49,196 nucleotides of DNA from contig JAJRTN010000125.1 of the NCBI GenBank assembly GCA_024278275.1, positions 1-49,196 of the forward strand. Direction: 5' to 3'. The notes beneath the pieces are model-generated. The model did not search any database and was not told where the DNA came from. It saw only the letters and a program-made list of their open reading frames with translations. The translations under genes and the position numbers were made by a program. The stretch is from Candidatus Hydrogenedentota bacterium (GTDB lineage: Bacteria > Hydrogenedentota > Hydrogenedentia > Hydrogenedentales > JAJRTN01). Position 1 is the stretch's first letter, and each line of letters begins with the position of its first letter. Of this stretch, positions 38,747 through 47,386 are shown piece after piece.

Positions 38747-39298
38747 ATCCGGCACGGCCGACCATCGTTTTTTTGACGACCCAAAAGTGCGGCAGGAAAA
38801 GCGGTAACCGTTTACGGCATCCCGCGCCCGCCCTTGGACAATGGGGCCGGTTGGGACCGATAGAGGGAGGATAGAGCTTTGTTTTCTTATGTGACGCTGT
38901 GGAGTCCGTAGGACTTCAATGGAAAAGCGCCGCGGCGCAGACCGCCGTATTATGCTGAAATGACGGTGTTCGCCGTGACATTGGATGGCTTGAGGCCTAC
39001 CGGCCTCACAGCCGAGGGCGGCTGTGCCACATTCAAGTGAAGACTGCGCCGTGAACAGTTACGCTTTCACGGGGATAACGATCCTGGTGATGTTGCCGGT
39101 AACGTTCTTGGCGCACGGCTTCGCGGGTCACGTGACAATTCAGGCGAGACGCCCGCGATAGTCTCTTACCAGTACATTTCTTTACAAATAGGCACGAAAA
39201 GGTGATTGCATCTTTTCCTTGGCCCCAGGGTTCTCCGTGGAGACAAAAACCTGGTTCCGGCTTGGCCGGGTTAGGCGTTCCCGCGGGGGACCGTGGGA

Positions 39299-40801
39299 AT
39301 GAGGAAGAAAAGGGCTGACGCAAAAGTGAAGCGGTATCTCGCATTTGACCTGGGCGCCGAAAGCGGGCGTTGCATGTTGGGCCAACTTGACGGCGGCACG
39401 TTGGAAATCACGGAATTGCTCCGTTTCCCCAACGGTCCGGTCAACGTGAACGGCACCCTCTATTGGGATATCCTCGGCATCTACAAGAATATGCTGGAGG
39501 GGTTGTCCCTCTTCGCGCGGCGGTACGGACCGGAAGCCGATGGCATCGGCGTGGATAGCTGGGCCCTGGACTTCGGCCTCCTGGACAAGCAGGACAACCT
39601 TTTACAGAATCCCGTTTGCTACCGGGACGGGCGCACCGAGGGCATGGTGGAGGCGGTGTCGGCCACGGTGGAGCCCGGGGAAATTTTTCGTCGCACGGGC
39701 CTCAACGTGAACGCCATTCACACGTTGTTCCAACTGAAGGCCGTCGCCGAACGCAGCCCGGAGGTGCTCGAACGGACGGCTTGCCTGCTCAACATCCCCA
39801 GTTTGCTGGCCTGCTTCCTGTGCGGGGCGAAGGTGGCGGAGCACACCCTCGCGGGGACCACGCAACTCTACGATCCCCGCACCCGCGCATGGGACGCCGA
39901 ACTGCTGGGAATGCTCGATCTGCCGGTGGAGATTCTTCCGGAGATCGTGGAACCCGGCACGCTCTTGGGTGAATTGAGCGAGGCGGCGAAGGCCGCCACC
40001 GGCCTGACGCATGCGCCCGTTTTTGCCACCTGCACACACGACACGGCGGCGGCCGTGGCCTCGGTGCCGGGGGAGGGCGAGGATTGGGCGTTTATCAGTT
40101 CTGGCACGTGGTCGGTCTTCGGCACGCTCTCGGCCGAAGTGATCACGTCGGACCGTGCCCGCGCGGCGGGCGTGTGCAACGAGCCGGCATTCGGCGGAAA
40201 CTTCGTCTGCAAGAACCTGATGGGCCTGTGGCTGCTTCAACAGGCGCGGGCCTCATGGCGGCGCCAGGGGAAGGAACTCTCCTACGGGGAACTCGCGGCG
40301 GCGGCGTGGGAAGCACCCAAAGGGGGGCCGCTGGTATCGGTGGCGCACCCCGGTTTCCTCGTCCCGTCCGACATGGTGGAAGAGATTCAGCGCTTCTGCC
40401 GGGCCACCGGACAGACCGCGCCGGATTCCGTGCCCGAGGTAACCCGCTGCATTCTTGAGAGCCTGGCGCTCTGCTATCGGCAAAGCCTGGAGGATTTGAG
40501 GGCTGTCACGGGAAAAAGTATCAACCGGATTCACGTGGTGGGTGGCGGTTCACTCAACCAACCCCTGTGCCGGTTTACCGCGGCGGCTTGTGGCGTACCC
40601 GTGGCCGCGGGCCCGAAGCAGGCCACCGCCGCGGGGAACCTGCTGACCCAGGCCGCCGCCGAACTGGGCGGTCCGGAGGGAATCCGGTCCGTCGTAAAAA
40701 ACTCATTCCCCCTGAAAACATACGGGCCGGTCGATGACGACGGGTACTGGAAGAAGCGTTACGAAACGTATCTGCGAATCGAAGCATCGGGGCTTTCCTG
40801 A
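39299..40801 (+). CDS. rhaB: FGGY-family sugar kinase, best match rhamnulokinase
   Basis: Conserved blocks resemble E. coli RhaB (comparison from memory): AFDLGAESGRCML, GVDSWALDFGLLD, YRDGRTEG, NLMGLWLLQ, CILESLALCY and IHVVGGGSLN. The start is at the internal ATG, not the GTG at 39293. Confidence 0.75.
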   Translation: MRKKRADAKVKRYLAFDLGAESGRCMLGQLDGGTLEITELLRFPNGPVNVNGTLYWDILGIYKNMLEGLSLFARRYGPEADGIGVDSWALDFGLLDKQDNLLQNPVCYRDGRTEGMVEAVSATVEPGEIFRRTGLNVNAIHTLFQLKAVAERSPEVLERTACLLNIPSLLACFLCGAKVAEHTLAGTTQLYDPRTRAWDAELLGMLDLPVEILPEIVEPGTLLGELSEAAKAATGLTHAPVFATCTHDTAAAVASVPGEGEDWAFISSGTWSVFGTLSAEVITSDRARAAGVCNEPAFGGNFVCKNLMGLWLLQQARASWRRQGKELSYGELAAAAWEAPKGGPLVSVAHPGFLVPSDMVEEIQRFCRATGQTAPDSVPEVTRCILESLALCYRQSLEDLRAVTGKSINRIHVVGGGSLNQPLCRFTAAACGVPVAAGPKQATAAGNLLTQAAAELGGPEGIRSVVKNSFPLKTYGPVDDDGYWKKRYETYLRIEASGLS

Positions 40802-40816
40802 ACGGAGGACCAAGCC

Positions 40817-41797
40817 ATGTTGAAGGACTACTACTTTGGCGCCTGTCTGCCGACCTTTGGCAACTGCGCGGACCGCTATTGCCAAGGCGGCTACAAGCGT
40901 GATTTCACGATGGACGAGATGCTGGACCGCTCGCTGGAAGTGGGCAGCATCGACGGGCTGGAGTTGGTGGGCAACTGGCATGTCAACGATGGGAATGTGC
41001 GCGAAGTGGCGCAAAAGTTCAGGGACAGAAACCTGAAGATCCCCATGCTGGTGCCCGATCTCTGGACACAGGCGAAATGGGGCAAGGGCAGCCTCGCGGC
41101 GTCGGACGCCGCGACCCGGCAGGCCGCCATCGACGAAGTGCGGAAGGTCATGGACTGGGCCGCCGAACTCGATTGTCCCTACGTGGATGTCTGGCCGGGG
41201 CAGGATGGCTTCGACTACCCCTTCCAGGCGGACTACGTTTCGGCCTGGTCGTGGCTGCGTGAGGGCATCGCCGCGTGCGCGGGCCACAACGACCAGGTGA
41301 AGGTGCTGGTGGAGTACAAGCTCAAGGAGCCCCGCCGTCACTGCTTTATCGACAGCGCGGCGCGGACGCTGATGCTCCTGGACGGCATCGATAACACGGG
41401 GGTGCTCCTGGACGTGGGTCATGCCATGGCGGCGGGAGAAAACATCGCGGAGGCCGTGGCATTTCTGAACGCCTACGGCAAGCTGGATTACCTGCACCTG
41501 AACGACAACTACCGCGCCTGGGACGACGACATGATTTTCGGTTCGGTGAATCTCATCGAGGATCTGGAATTGCTGTACTGGCTCAAGCGTGTCGGGTACC
41601 AGGGCTGGCTCACCCTCGACATCTTTCCCTTCCGCATCGACGGTGTCGATGCGGCGAAGGCGTGTCAAAGCTGGATAGACGGCCTGCTCAACGCGCTGGA
41701 GAAGGTTGGCCAGGCGTCTTTTGACGTGGCCGTGGCCTCGGGTGATCCCGTGCAGGCGGGCGTCATTATCCGGGAAGCGCTTGGACTGGGCCGGTAG
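40817..41797 (+). CDS. sugar (phosphate) isomerase/epimerase, xylose-isomerase-like TIM barrel
   Basis: The protein is 326 aa with a pattern of acidic and His metal ligands typical of AP-endonuclease-2 / xylose-isomerase-like TIM barrels (VLVEYKLKEP, LLDVGH, LHLNDN). The stop is TAG. Confidence 0.65.
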   Translation: MLKDYYFGACLPTFGNCADRYCQGGYKRDFTMDEMLDRSLEVGSIDGLELVGNWHVNDGNVREVAQKFRDRNLKIPMLVPDLWTQAKWGKGSLAASDAATRQAAIDEVRKVMDWAAELDCPYVDVWPGQDGFDYPFQADYVSAWSWLREGIAACAGHNDQVKVLVEYKLKEPRRHCFIDSAARTLMLLDGIDNTGVLLDVGHAMAAGENIAEAVAFLNAYGKLDYLHLNDNYRAWDDDMIFGSVNLIEDLELLYWLKRVGYQGWLTLDIFPFRIDGVDAAKACQSWIDGLLNALEKVGQASFDVAVASGDPVQAGVIIREALGLGR

Positions 41798-41818
41798 GCG
41801 GAAGGGGATTATCGAATC

Positions 41819-42076
41819 ATGGCGACAGCAATCAAGATCCCGGACATGGGAACCACCGTGGACACCATGGTCCTGGAGACCTGGCTTGTCGAGGAAGGTG
41901 AAACCATCGACCGCGGCGACGTGATCGCCGAGATCCAGACCGACAAGGCCCTCACGGACCTGGAGTCTTTCGCGCGCGGCACGTTACTGAAGAAAATGGT
42001 GACCGAAGGCGCCGAGGTTCAGGTGGGGGACGTGATCGCCTACCTGGGAGAACCCGGCGAGGAAATCCCCGGATGA
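41819..42076 (+). CDS. stand-alone lipoyl-attachment domain protein (E2-type lipoyl carrier, 85 aa)
   Basis: The lipoyl-lysine motif is AEIQTDKALTDLES, within a biotinyl/lipoyl hybrid-barrel pattern (IKIPDMG...GETIDRGDVIAEI). No E2 catalytic domain follows. It is in the same reading frame as the upstream isomerase, separated by TAG plus 7 codons. Confidence 0.75.
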   Translation: MATAIKIPDMGTTVDTMVLETWLVEEGETIDRGDVIAEIQTDKALTDLESFARGTLLKKMVTEGAEVQVGDVIAYLGEPGEEIPG

Positions 42077-42096
42077 CCCCGGGAAAGGAAGAATAC

Positions 42097-43062
42097 ATGC
42101 CGTCGAAGTATGAGCCGACTTTTCTGCTGGACCTGTACCGGAAGATGGTCCTCATCCGGCAGTTCGAGGACCGGGTGAAGTTCCTCTTTCTGGAGGGCAT
42201 CATGCCGGGCACCATCCACCAGTACCAGGGACAGGAGGCGATAGCCGCGGGGGTTTGCGCCGCGCTGAATACTGACGACATCATCACCAGCACCCACCGT
42301 CCCCATGGCCACGCGCTGGCGAAGGGCCTTAGCGCCGAATCGCTGCTGCACGAGCTTTTCGGGAAACCTTCCGGGTGTTGTTGTGGCAAGGGGGGCTCCA
42401 TGCACGTGGGCGACCTGGAAAAGGGGATGCTGCCCGCCATTGCCATCGTGGGCGGAGGCGTGCCCATCGCCACGGGCTGCGCCCTGGCCTTCAAGATGCG
42501 CGGCGAAAAACGGGTGGCGGTCAGCTTTTCGGGCGACGGCGCCGTGAACGAGGGCGCCTTCCACGAGGGCGTCAACATGGGCGCCATCTGGGATCTCCCC
42601 GTCATTTACGTCATCGAGAACAACCTGTATTCGGCCTCCACGCCCATCGCCGACACGGTGAAGCTTGAAAAGGTTTCCGACCGGGCCGCGGGCTACGGCA
42701 TACCGGGGGTCACGGTGGACGGCAACGATGTGGTCGCCATGTATGAAGCGGCGCGGGGCGCGGTGGAACGGGCACGCAACGGGGAGGGGCCCACCTTGAT
42801 CGAGGCTGTCACCTACCGCATCACGGGCCATTCCCGGCGAGACCCCTGCAACTATCAGCCCAAGGAGCAGCGCCGGGAGGCCAGGAAGCGGGAACCCATC
42901 AGGCGATTCGCCAGGTACCTGGTGGAGAAGGGGCTGGTCACCGAGGCCGAGCTGGACATGTTCCGCGAGGAGATTGACGCAGAGATCGAACGCGCCGTGG
43001 AATCCGCCCAGGCCGCGCCGGACCCGGCTCCCGAGTTCGCCCTGGAAGGGCTCTGGGCCTGA
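42097..43062 (+). CDS. TPP-dependent dehydrogenase E1 component, alpha subunit (AcoA/PdhA-like)
   Basis: The TPP-binding motif reads GDGAVNEGAFHEGVNMGAIWDLPVIYVIENN. The phosphorylation-loop-like region reads YRITGHSRRD. The start at 42097 has a strong Shine-Dalgarno sequence (GGAAAGGAAG). An alternative ATG at 42073 overlaps the upstream stop by 4 nt. Confidence 0.8.
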   Translation: MPSKYEPTFLLDLYRKMVLIRQFEDRVKFLFLEGIMPGTIHQYQGQEAIAAGVCAALNTDDIITSTHRPHGHALAKGLSAESLLHELFGKPSGCCCGKGGSMHVGDLEKGMLPAIAIVGGGVPIATGCALAFKMRGEKRVAVSFSGDGAVNEGAFHEGVNMGAIWDLPVIYVIENNLYSASTPIADTVKLEKVSDRAAGYGIPGVTVDGNDVVAMYEAARGAVERARNGEGPTLIEAVTYRITGHSRRDPCNYQPKEQRREARKREPIRRFARYLVEKGLVTEAELDMFREEIDAEIERAVESAQAAPDPAPEFALEGLWA

Positions 43063-43108
43063 GATCACCGGAACATTACGCGGATTACACGGGAAGAGAG
43101 GTACGGAA

Positions 43109-44125
43109 TTGGCACGATTGAGCATTGCCGAAGCGCTCCGACAGACGCTTCGTGAAGAAATGAACCGGGACGAGCGGGTTTTCTGCATCGGGGAAGACAT
43201 CGCCATTCCCGGCGGCTGGGGCGGCGCTTTCACGGTGACACTGGGCCTGGAGGAGGATTTCAAGGACCGCATGATCAACACGCCCATCTCCGAAGCGGGC
43301 TTCACGGGCGTGGCCCTCGGCGCGGCGCTCATGGGGCTGCGTCCCGTGGCGGACGTGCAGTACGGGGACTTTCTCCTGTGCGCCATGGACCAGATGGTGA
43401 ACCAGGTCGCGAAGATGCGCTACATGTCCGGCGGCAAGATCAAGGTGCCCTTCGTCATGCGCGCGCCCACGGGGGCGACGGGCCGCGGCACGCAGCACGC
43501 GCAAAACCTGGAAAGCATGTTCTTGCAGGCGCCCGGATTCAAGATCGCCTGTCCCGCCACGGCCTACGATGCGGTGGGGCTTTTGCGTGCCGCCATCCGC
43601 GACGACAACCCGGTACTCCTTTTCGAGCACAAGCTGCTCTACGGCTCCAAGGGCGCCCGGGCCGAAACGGGCGCCATGGATGCGTCGAGCGAGATTCCCG
43701 AAGAGGATTACGTCGTGCCGCTGGGCAAGGGCATCGTGCGCCGCGAAGGGAGCGACATCACGGTGATCGCCCCGCTGCTCATGATGCACCGGGCCCTGGA
43801 GGCCGCGGAGATCCTGGCGGATGAAGGCGTATCGGTCGAAGTCATCGACCCGCGCAGTCTCGTGCCCTTCGATTGGGAACTGGTGGAAACCTCGGTGCGG
43901 AAGACCGGGCGCCTCGTGGTGGCCCAGGAAGGTCCCTTGCGCGGAGGGCTGTGCGGCGACATTGCCGCCGAGATGGGCGAACGCTGCTTTGATGCGCTCA
44001 AGGCCCCCGTGCTCCGGGTGGCCTCGCCGGACATCCCCGCGCCCTTCGCCCCGGCGATGGAGGCCTTCTACCGCCCTGACGCGGCGCGGATCGTGGATGC
44101 GGTCCGGAAAACCGTAAAGGATTGA
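43109..44125 (+). CDS. TPP-dependent dehydrogenase E1 component, beta subunit (transketolase-like Pyr and C domains)
   Basis: A TTG start is inferred from the conserved N-terminus (ARLSIAEALRQTLREEMNRDERVFCIGEDI). Further motifs are GFTGVALGAALMGLRPV and MRAPTGATGRG. Confidence 0.75.
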   Translation: MARLSIAEALRQTLREEMNRDERVFCIGEDIAIPGGWGGAFTVTLGLEEDFKDRMINTPISEAGFTGVALGAALMGLRPVADVQYGDFLLCAMDQMVNQVAKMRYMSGGKIKVPFVMRAPTGATGRGTQHAQNLESMFLQAPGFKIACPATAYDAVGLLRAAIRDDNPVLLFEHKLLYGSKGARAETGAMDASSEIPEEDYVVPLGKGIVRREGSDITVIAPLLMMHRALEAAEILADEGVSVEVIDPRSLVPFDWELVETSVRKTGRLVVAQEGPLRGGLCGDIAAEMGERCFDALKAPVLRVASPDIPAPFAPAMEAFYRPDAARIVDAVRKTVKD

Positions 44126-44135
44126 GGGGACAAGC

Positions 44136-44741
44136 ATGGCGGAACTGCGCAGCTATATCGTGATCGACAGTTTGCAGGAGCAGTTGGCGGCGTTCATGGC
44201 CTCCACGGTGGTAGGCTACATGCCCGTGGCGGGCATGGCGGCCCTTTTCGTGGAGGTGGCGCCCGGCATGGAGATCGTGCGCCTCCTCGACGTGGCCGTG
44301 AAGGCCACCAACACGCGGCCCGCCATCCAGGTGGTCGAGCGCAGCTTCGGCACCCTCGAAGTTCACTCCGAAAACCAGGGCGACGTTCGGCAGGCGGGCC
44401 GGGCCGTGCTCGACGCCATGGGGCTTACCGAGGCCGACCGGGACGAACCCCGGGTGGCCTCGTCCACGGTCATTCGGCACATCGATCCCTACCAGGCCGC
44501 GCTGATCAACAAGAGCCGGCAGGGGAGCATGTTGCTTGCGGGGCAGACGGTGTTCATACTGGAGACCCAGCCGGCGTTGTACGCCGTGCTGGCGGCCAAC
44601 TAGGCGGAAAAGGCAAGCCGCGTCACGTTGGTGGATATCCGCCCCTTCGGCAATTTCGGCCGGCTATACCTGGCCGGGGAAGAAGCGGACGTGGTCGTGG
44701 GAAGCGAGGCCGCCATCGCGGCCCTGGAAACATGCCGCTAG
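44136..44741 (+). pseudogene. tandem BMC-domain shell protein (BMC-T-like), reading frame interrupted by in-frame TAG at 44601-44603
   Basis: A GAGGGGA Shine-Dalgarno sequence precedes the start. The first, divergent BMC-like domain reads AALFVEVAPGMEIVRLLDVAVKATNTRPAIQVVERSFGTLEVHSENQGDVRQAGRAVLDAMG. After ...ILETQPALYAVLAAN-TAG the same frame continues AEKASRVTLVDIRPFGNFGRLYLAGEEADVVVGSEAAIAALE. This completes a canonical BMC fold (cf. [27 protein letters not shown]...[13 protein letters not shown]). As annotated to the first TAG the product is 155 aa; read-through would give 201 aa. Confidence 0.5.
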
Positions 44742-44777
44742 CGGTTCATTACGGATGGAAAACCGGGAGATCAGGTC

Positions 44778-45071
44778 ATGGCTGATGCGTTGGGTATGAT
44801 TGAATGCAAGGGATTCGCGGCGATGGTTGAGGCATCGGACGCGATGGTGAAGGCCGCCAAGGTGGAACTGGTGGGCTACGAGAAGATCGGCGGCGGCTAC
44901 GTGACGGCCATCGTGCGCGGCGACGTGGCCGCGGTCAAGGCGGCCTGCGAGGCGGGCGAACGGGGCGCTCGTGCCGTGGGCGAGGTCGTTTCGGTGCATA
45001 TCATCCCGCGGCCCCACGACAACGTGGATTCCGCACTCCCCCTGGGCCGCCCCCAGGCCGTCAAGAAATAG
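44778..45071 (+). CDS. BMC-H hexameric shell protein (PduA/EutM-like)
   Basis: The sequence [64 protein letters not shown]...VHIIPRPH is a textbook Pfam00936 match. The stop is TAG. Confidence 0.9.
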   Translation: MADALGMIECKGFAAMVEASDAMVKAAKVELVGYEKIGGGYVTAIVRGDVAAVKAACEAGERGARAVGEVVSVHIIPRPHDNVDSALPLGRPQAVKK

Positions 45072-45114
45072 CGCCCCGGGCGACACACGCACGATCCCAT
45101 GGAGATAAAGCCCC

Positions 45115-45426
45115 ATGCAAATTGGACGCGTTATCGGGACGGTCGTCTCGACCGCGAAGGAACCGGCGCTGGAAGGCCGTAGATTCCTGCTGGTCCAGTT
45201 CCTCGACCTCGACGCACGAACAACTTCCTCCTACGTGGTGGCGGTGGATGCCGTCGGCGCGGGCACGGGCGAGGTGGTTCTCGTCGCCACGGGCAGTTCC
45301 GCGCGCCAGACGGAGACCACGAGCAATCGGCCTTGCGACGCGGTTGTCATGGCCATTATCGACTCGTGGGACGTCCATGACGAGGTGAAGTGGCGCAAGG
45401 CCGATGATACGCCGGGAGACGGGTGA
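45115..45426 (+). CDS. BMC-P vertex protein (EutN/CcmL/PduN family), copy 1
   Basis: The N-terminus is MQIGRVIGTVVSTAK. Further motifs are FLLVQ and VAVDAVGAGTGEVVLVATGSSAR. Confidence 0.85.
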   Translation: MQIGRVIGTVVSTAKEPALEGRRFLLVQFLDLDARTTSSYVVAVDAVGAGTGEVVLVATGSSARQTETTSNRPCDAVVMAIIDSWDVHDEVKWRKADDTPGDG

Positions 45427-46823
45427 TGCCTGTTTCTCCCAACGACATAGAGCAGGCCGTTCGTGAAGTCCTCAAGCGAATCGAGGGCGAAGGTGAAACC
45501 CCCGGCCCGGTGTCGTCTCCGGCGGTGGATGACGCGGTGGAACGCGCGCGCCGCGCCTACGACGCCTACTGCGGCATGGGCCTCAACAAGCGCCATGAGA
45601 TGGTCGCCGCCATGCGGGAAGCGGCCAAGGCCCATGTGAAGACCTTCGCTGCGGATGCCGTGCGCGAAACCGGGCTCGGGCGGGTCGAGGACAAGATCCG
45701 CAAGAACCTGCTGGTCATCGTGAAAACGCCCGGCCCGGAAATACTCACCCCCGCCGCGCAAACAGGCGACCATGGCTTGATGCTGACGGAGCGCGCCCCA
45801 CACGGGGTTATCGGATCCATCACCCCGTGTACCAATCCCACCGAAACGGTGATCAACAACGCCATCAGCATGGTGAGCGGCGGAAACGGCGTGGTCTTCA
45901 ACGCCCATCCCGCCGCGGCCAAGTGCTCACAGGAGTGCATCCGGGTGCTGTCGGAGGCCATCGTCGCCGCGGGCGGACCGCCCGACCTGGTCGTGGGCGT
46001 GGAACAGCCCACCATAGAGACCGCCAGGGCCCTCATGGGGAGTCCCGGCGTGGCCCTCCTGTGTGTTACCGGCGGCGCGGCCGTGGTGAAGGCCGCCATG
46101 CTGTCCGGCAAGAAAGTGGTCGCGGCCGGCCCCGGCAATCCGCCGGTCGTCGTCGATGAGACGGCGGACCTGGCGAAGGCCGCGCGCGCCACGGTCCAGG
46201 GCGCGTCCCTGGACAACAACATCATCTGCGTTTCCGAGAAGGAGGCGGTCGTGGTCGATGCCGTGGCCGATGCCTTCAAACGGCATATGATGGAGGAGGG
46301 CTGTGTCGAGGTCTCCGGTCGCGACCGCGACCGGCTCTGCGACCTGATCTTCGCGTCCCGCGACGGCAACCGGGGCGTAATGAACAAGGATCTGATCGGC
46401 AAGGACGCCAGTGTCATACTGGACCGGATAGGCATCCGCGCCGCGCCGGAAACGCGCCTTGTCATTATGGACGTTCCGGCGGATCATCCGCTCCCCTGGA
46501 CCGAGCAACTCATGCCGGTCTTCCCCATCGTTCGCGTTTCCGACGTGGACGCGGCCATTGGCCTGGCCCTTCGCTACGAGGGCGGCCGACGGCATACCGC
46601 CGTCATGCACTCGCGCAATATCGACAAACTCAGCAAGATGGCCCGCCTGGCCAACTGTTCCATTTACGTGAAGAACGGTTCGTCCCTGGCGGGGCTCGGC
46701 ATGGGGGGCGAAGGCTACACCTCTTTCACGATTGCCAGCCCCACCGGCGAGGGGCTCACCACCGCGGTGAGTTTCACCCGCCTGCGGCGATGCACCCTCG
46801 TGGACGCCTTCAGGATCATATGA
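45426..46823 (+). CDS. CoA-acylating aldehyde dehydrogenase (PduP/EutE family) with N-terminal encapsulation-peptide-like helix
   Basis: The start overlaps the BMC-P stop (GTGATG). The N-terminal amphipathic segment DIEQAVREVLKRIEG is followed by a Gly/Pro-rich linker. The catalytic Cys region reads DNNIICVSEKE, and EGYTSFTIASPTGEG is also present. Confidence 0.85.
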   Translation: MPVSPNDIEQAVREVLKRIEGEGETPGPVSSPAVDDAVERARRAYDAYCGMGLNKRHEMVAAMREAAKAHVKTFAADAVRETGLGRVEDKIRKNLLVIVKTPGPEILTPAAQTGDHGLMLTERAPHGVIGSITPCTNPTETVINNAISMVSGGNGVVFNAHPAAAKCSQECIRVLSEAIVAAGGPPDLVVGVEQPTIETARALMGSPGVALLCVTGGAAVVKAAMLSGKKVVAAGPGNPPVVVDETADLAKAARATVQGASLDNNIICVSEKEAVVVDAVADAFKRHMMEEGCVEVSGRDRDRLCDLIFASRDGNRGVMNKDLIGKDASVILDRIGIRAAPETRLVIMDVPADHPLPWTEQLMPVFPIVRVSDVDAAIGLALRYEGGRRHTAVMHSRNIDKLSKMARLANCSIYVKNGSSLAGLGMGGEGYTSFTIASPTGEGLTTAVSFTRLRRCTLVDAFRII

Positions 46824-47386
46824 TGAGCATTCTCGGCCTCATGGAATTCGACGGCATCACGCCGGGCATGATCGCCACTGACGCCATGGTCAAGCGGGCG
46901 CCGGTGACCGTGTTGGAAACCGGCCCCATCGACCCGGGAAAGTACCTTACGGTCCTCACCGGCGACCTGGCCTGTGTCGAGGAGGCCGTCGCCGCGGGCG
47001 ATGAAAGCGGCGGCGCGCACGTGGTGCGTGGCGTCGTTCTCGCGAACCTGCACGACGGCGTGATCCCCGCGCTGAAGGGCGAGGCCCCCGACCCGGAACC
47101 GGGCGCCGTGGGCATCGTGGAGACCTCGGACACCGTGGCCGCCGTCCATGCCGCCGACGCCGCCTGCAAAGCCGCCCCGGTGGCGTTGATTACGTTGCAC
47201 CTCGCCCGTCACATCGGCGGCAAGGGCTACCTGGTGATGGTGGGCGTTCTCGCCGATGTCGAAGCGTCGGAACAGGCCGCGCGGGAGGCGGCCGCACGGT
47301 CCCTCGTGGATTCCACCGTCATCCCGCAGCCCGACGAAGCGTTCTTCGCGCGCTTGTTGCGGCCGGCGCCGTTCCGGAGGCTGTGA
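46820..47386 (+). CDS. BMC-T tandem-domain shell protein, PduT-like
   Basis: An ATGA overlap links it to the aldehyde dehydrogenase. Domain 1 reads ILGLMEFDGITPGMIATDAMVKRAPVTVLETGPIDPGKYLTVLTGDLACVEEAV. Domain 2 reads AVGIVETSDTVAAVHAADAACKAAPVALITLHLARHIGGKGYLVMVGVLADVEASEQAA. Confidence 0.75.
   Translation: MMSILGLMEFDGITPGMIATDAMVKRAPVTVLETGPIDPGKYLTVLTGDLACVEEAVAAGDESGGAHVVRGVVLANLHDGVIPALKGEAPDPEPGAVGIVETSDTVAAVHAADAACKAAPVALITLHLARHIGGKGYLVMVGVLADVEASEQAAREAAARSLVDSTVIPQPDEAFFARLLRPAPFRRL

Noticed and set aside
39033-39385. Minus-strand ORFs of 103 aa and 67 aa in the RLP-kinase spacer
   Set aside because: They have no recognisable motif or start context and are antisense to the putative leader, so they are likely spurious.
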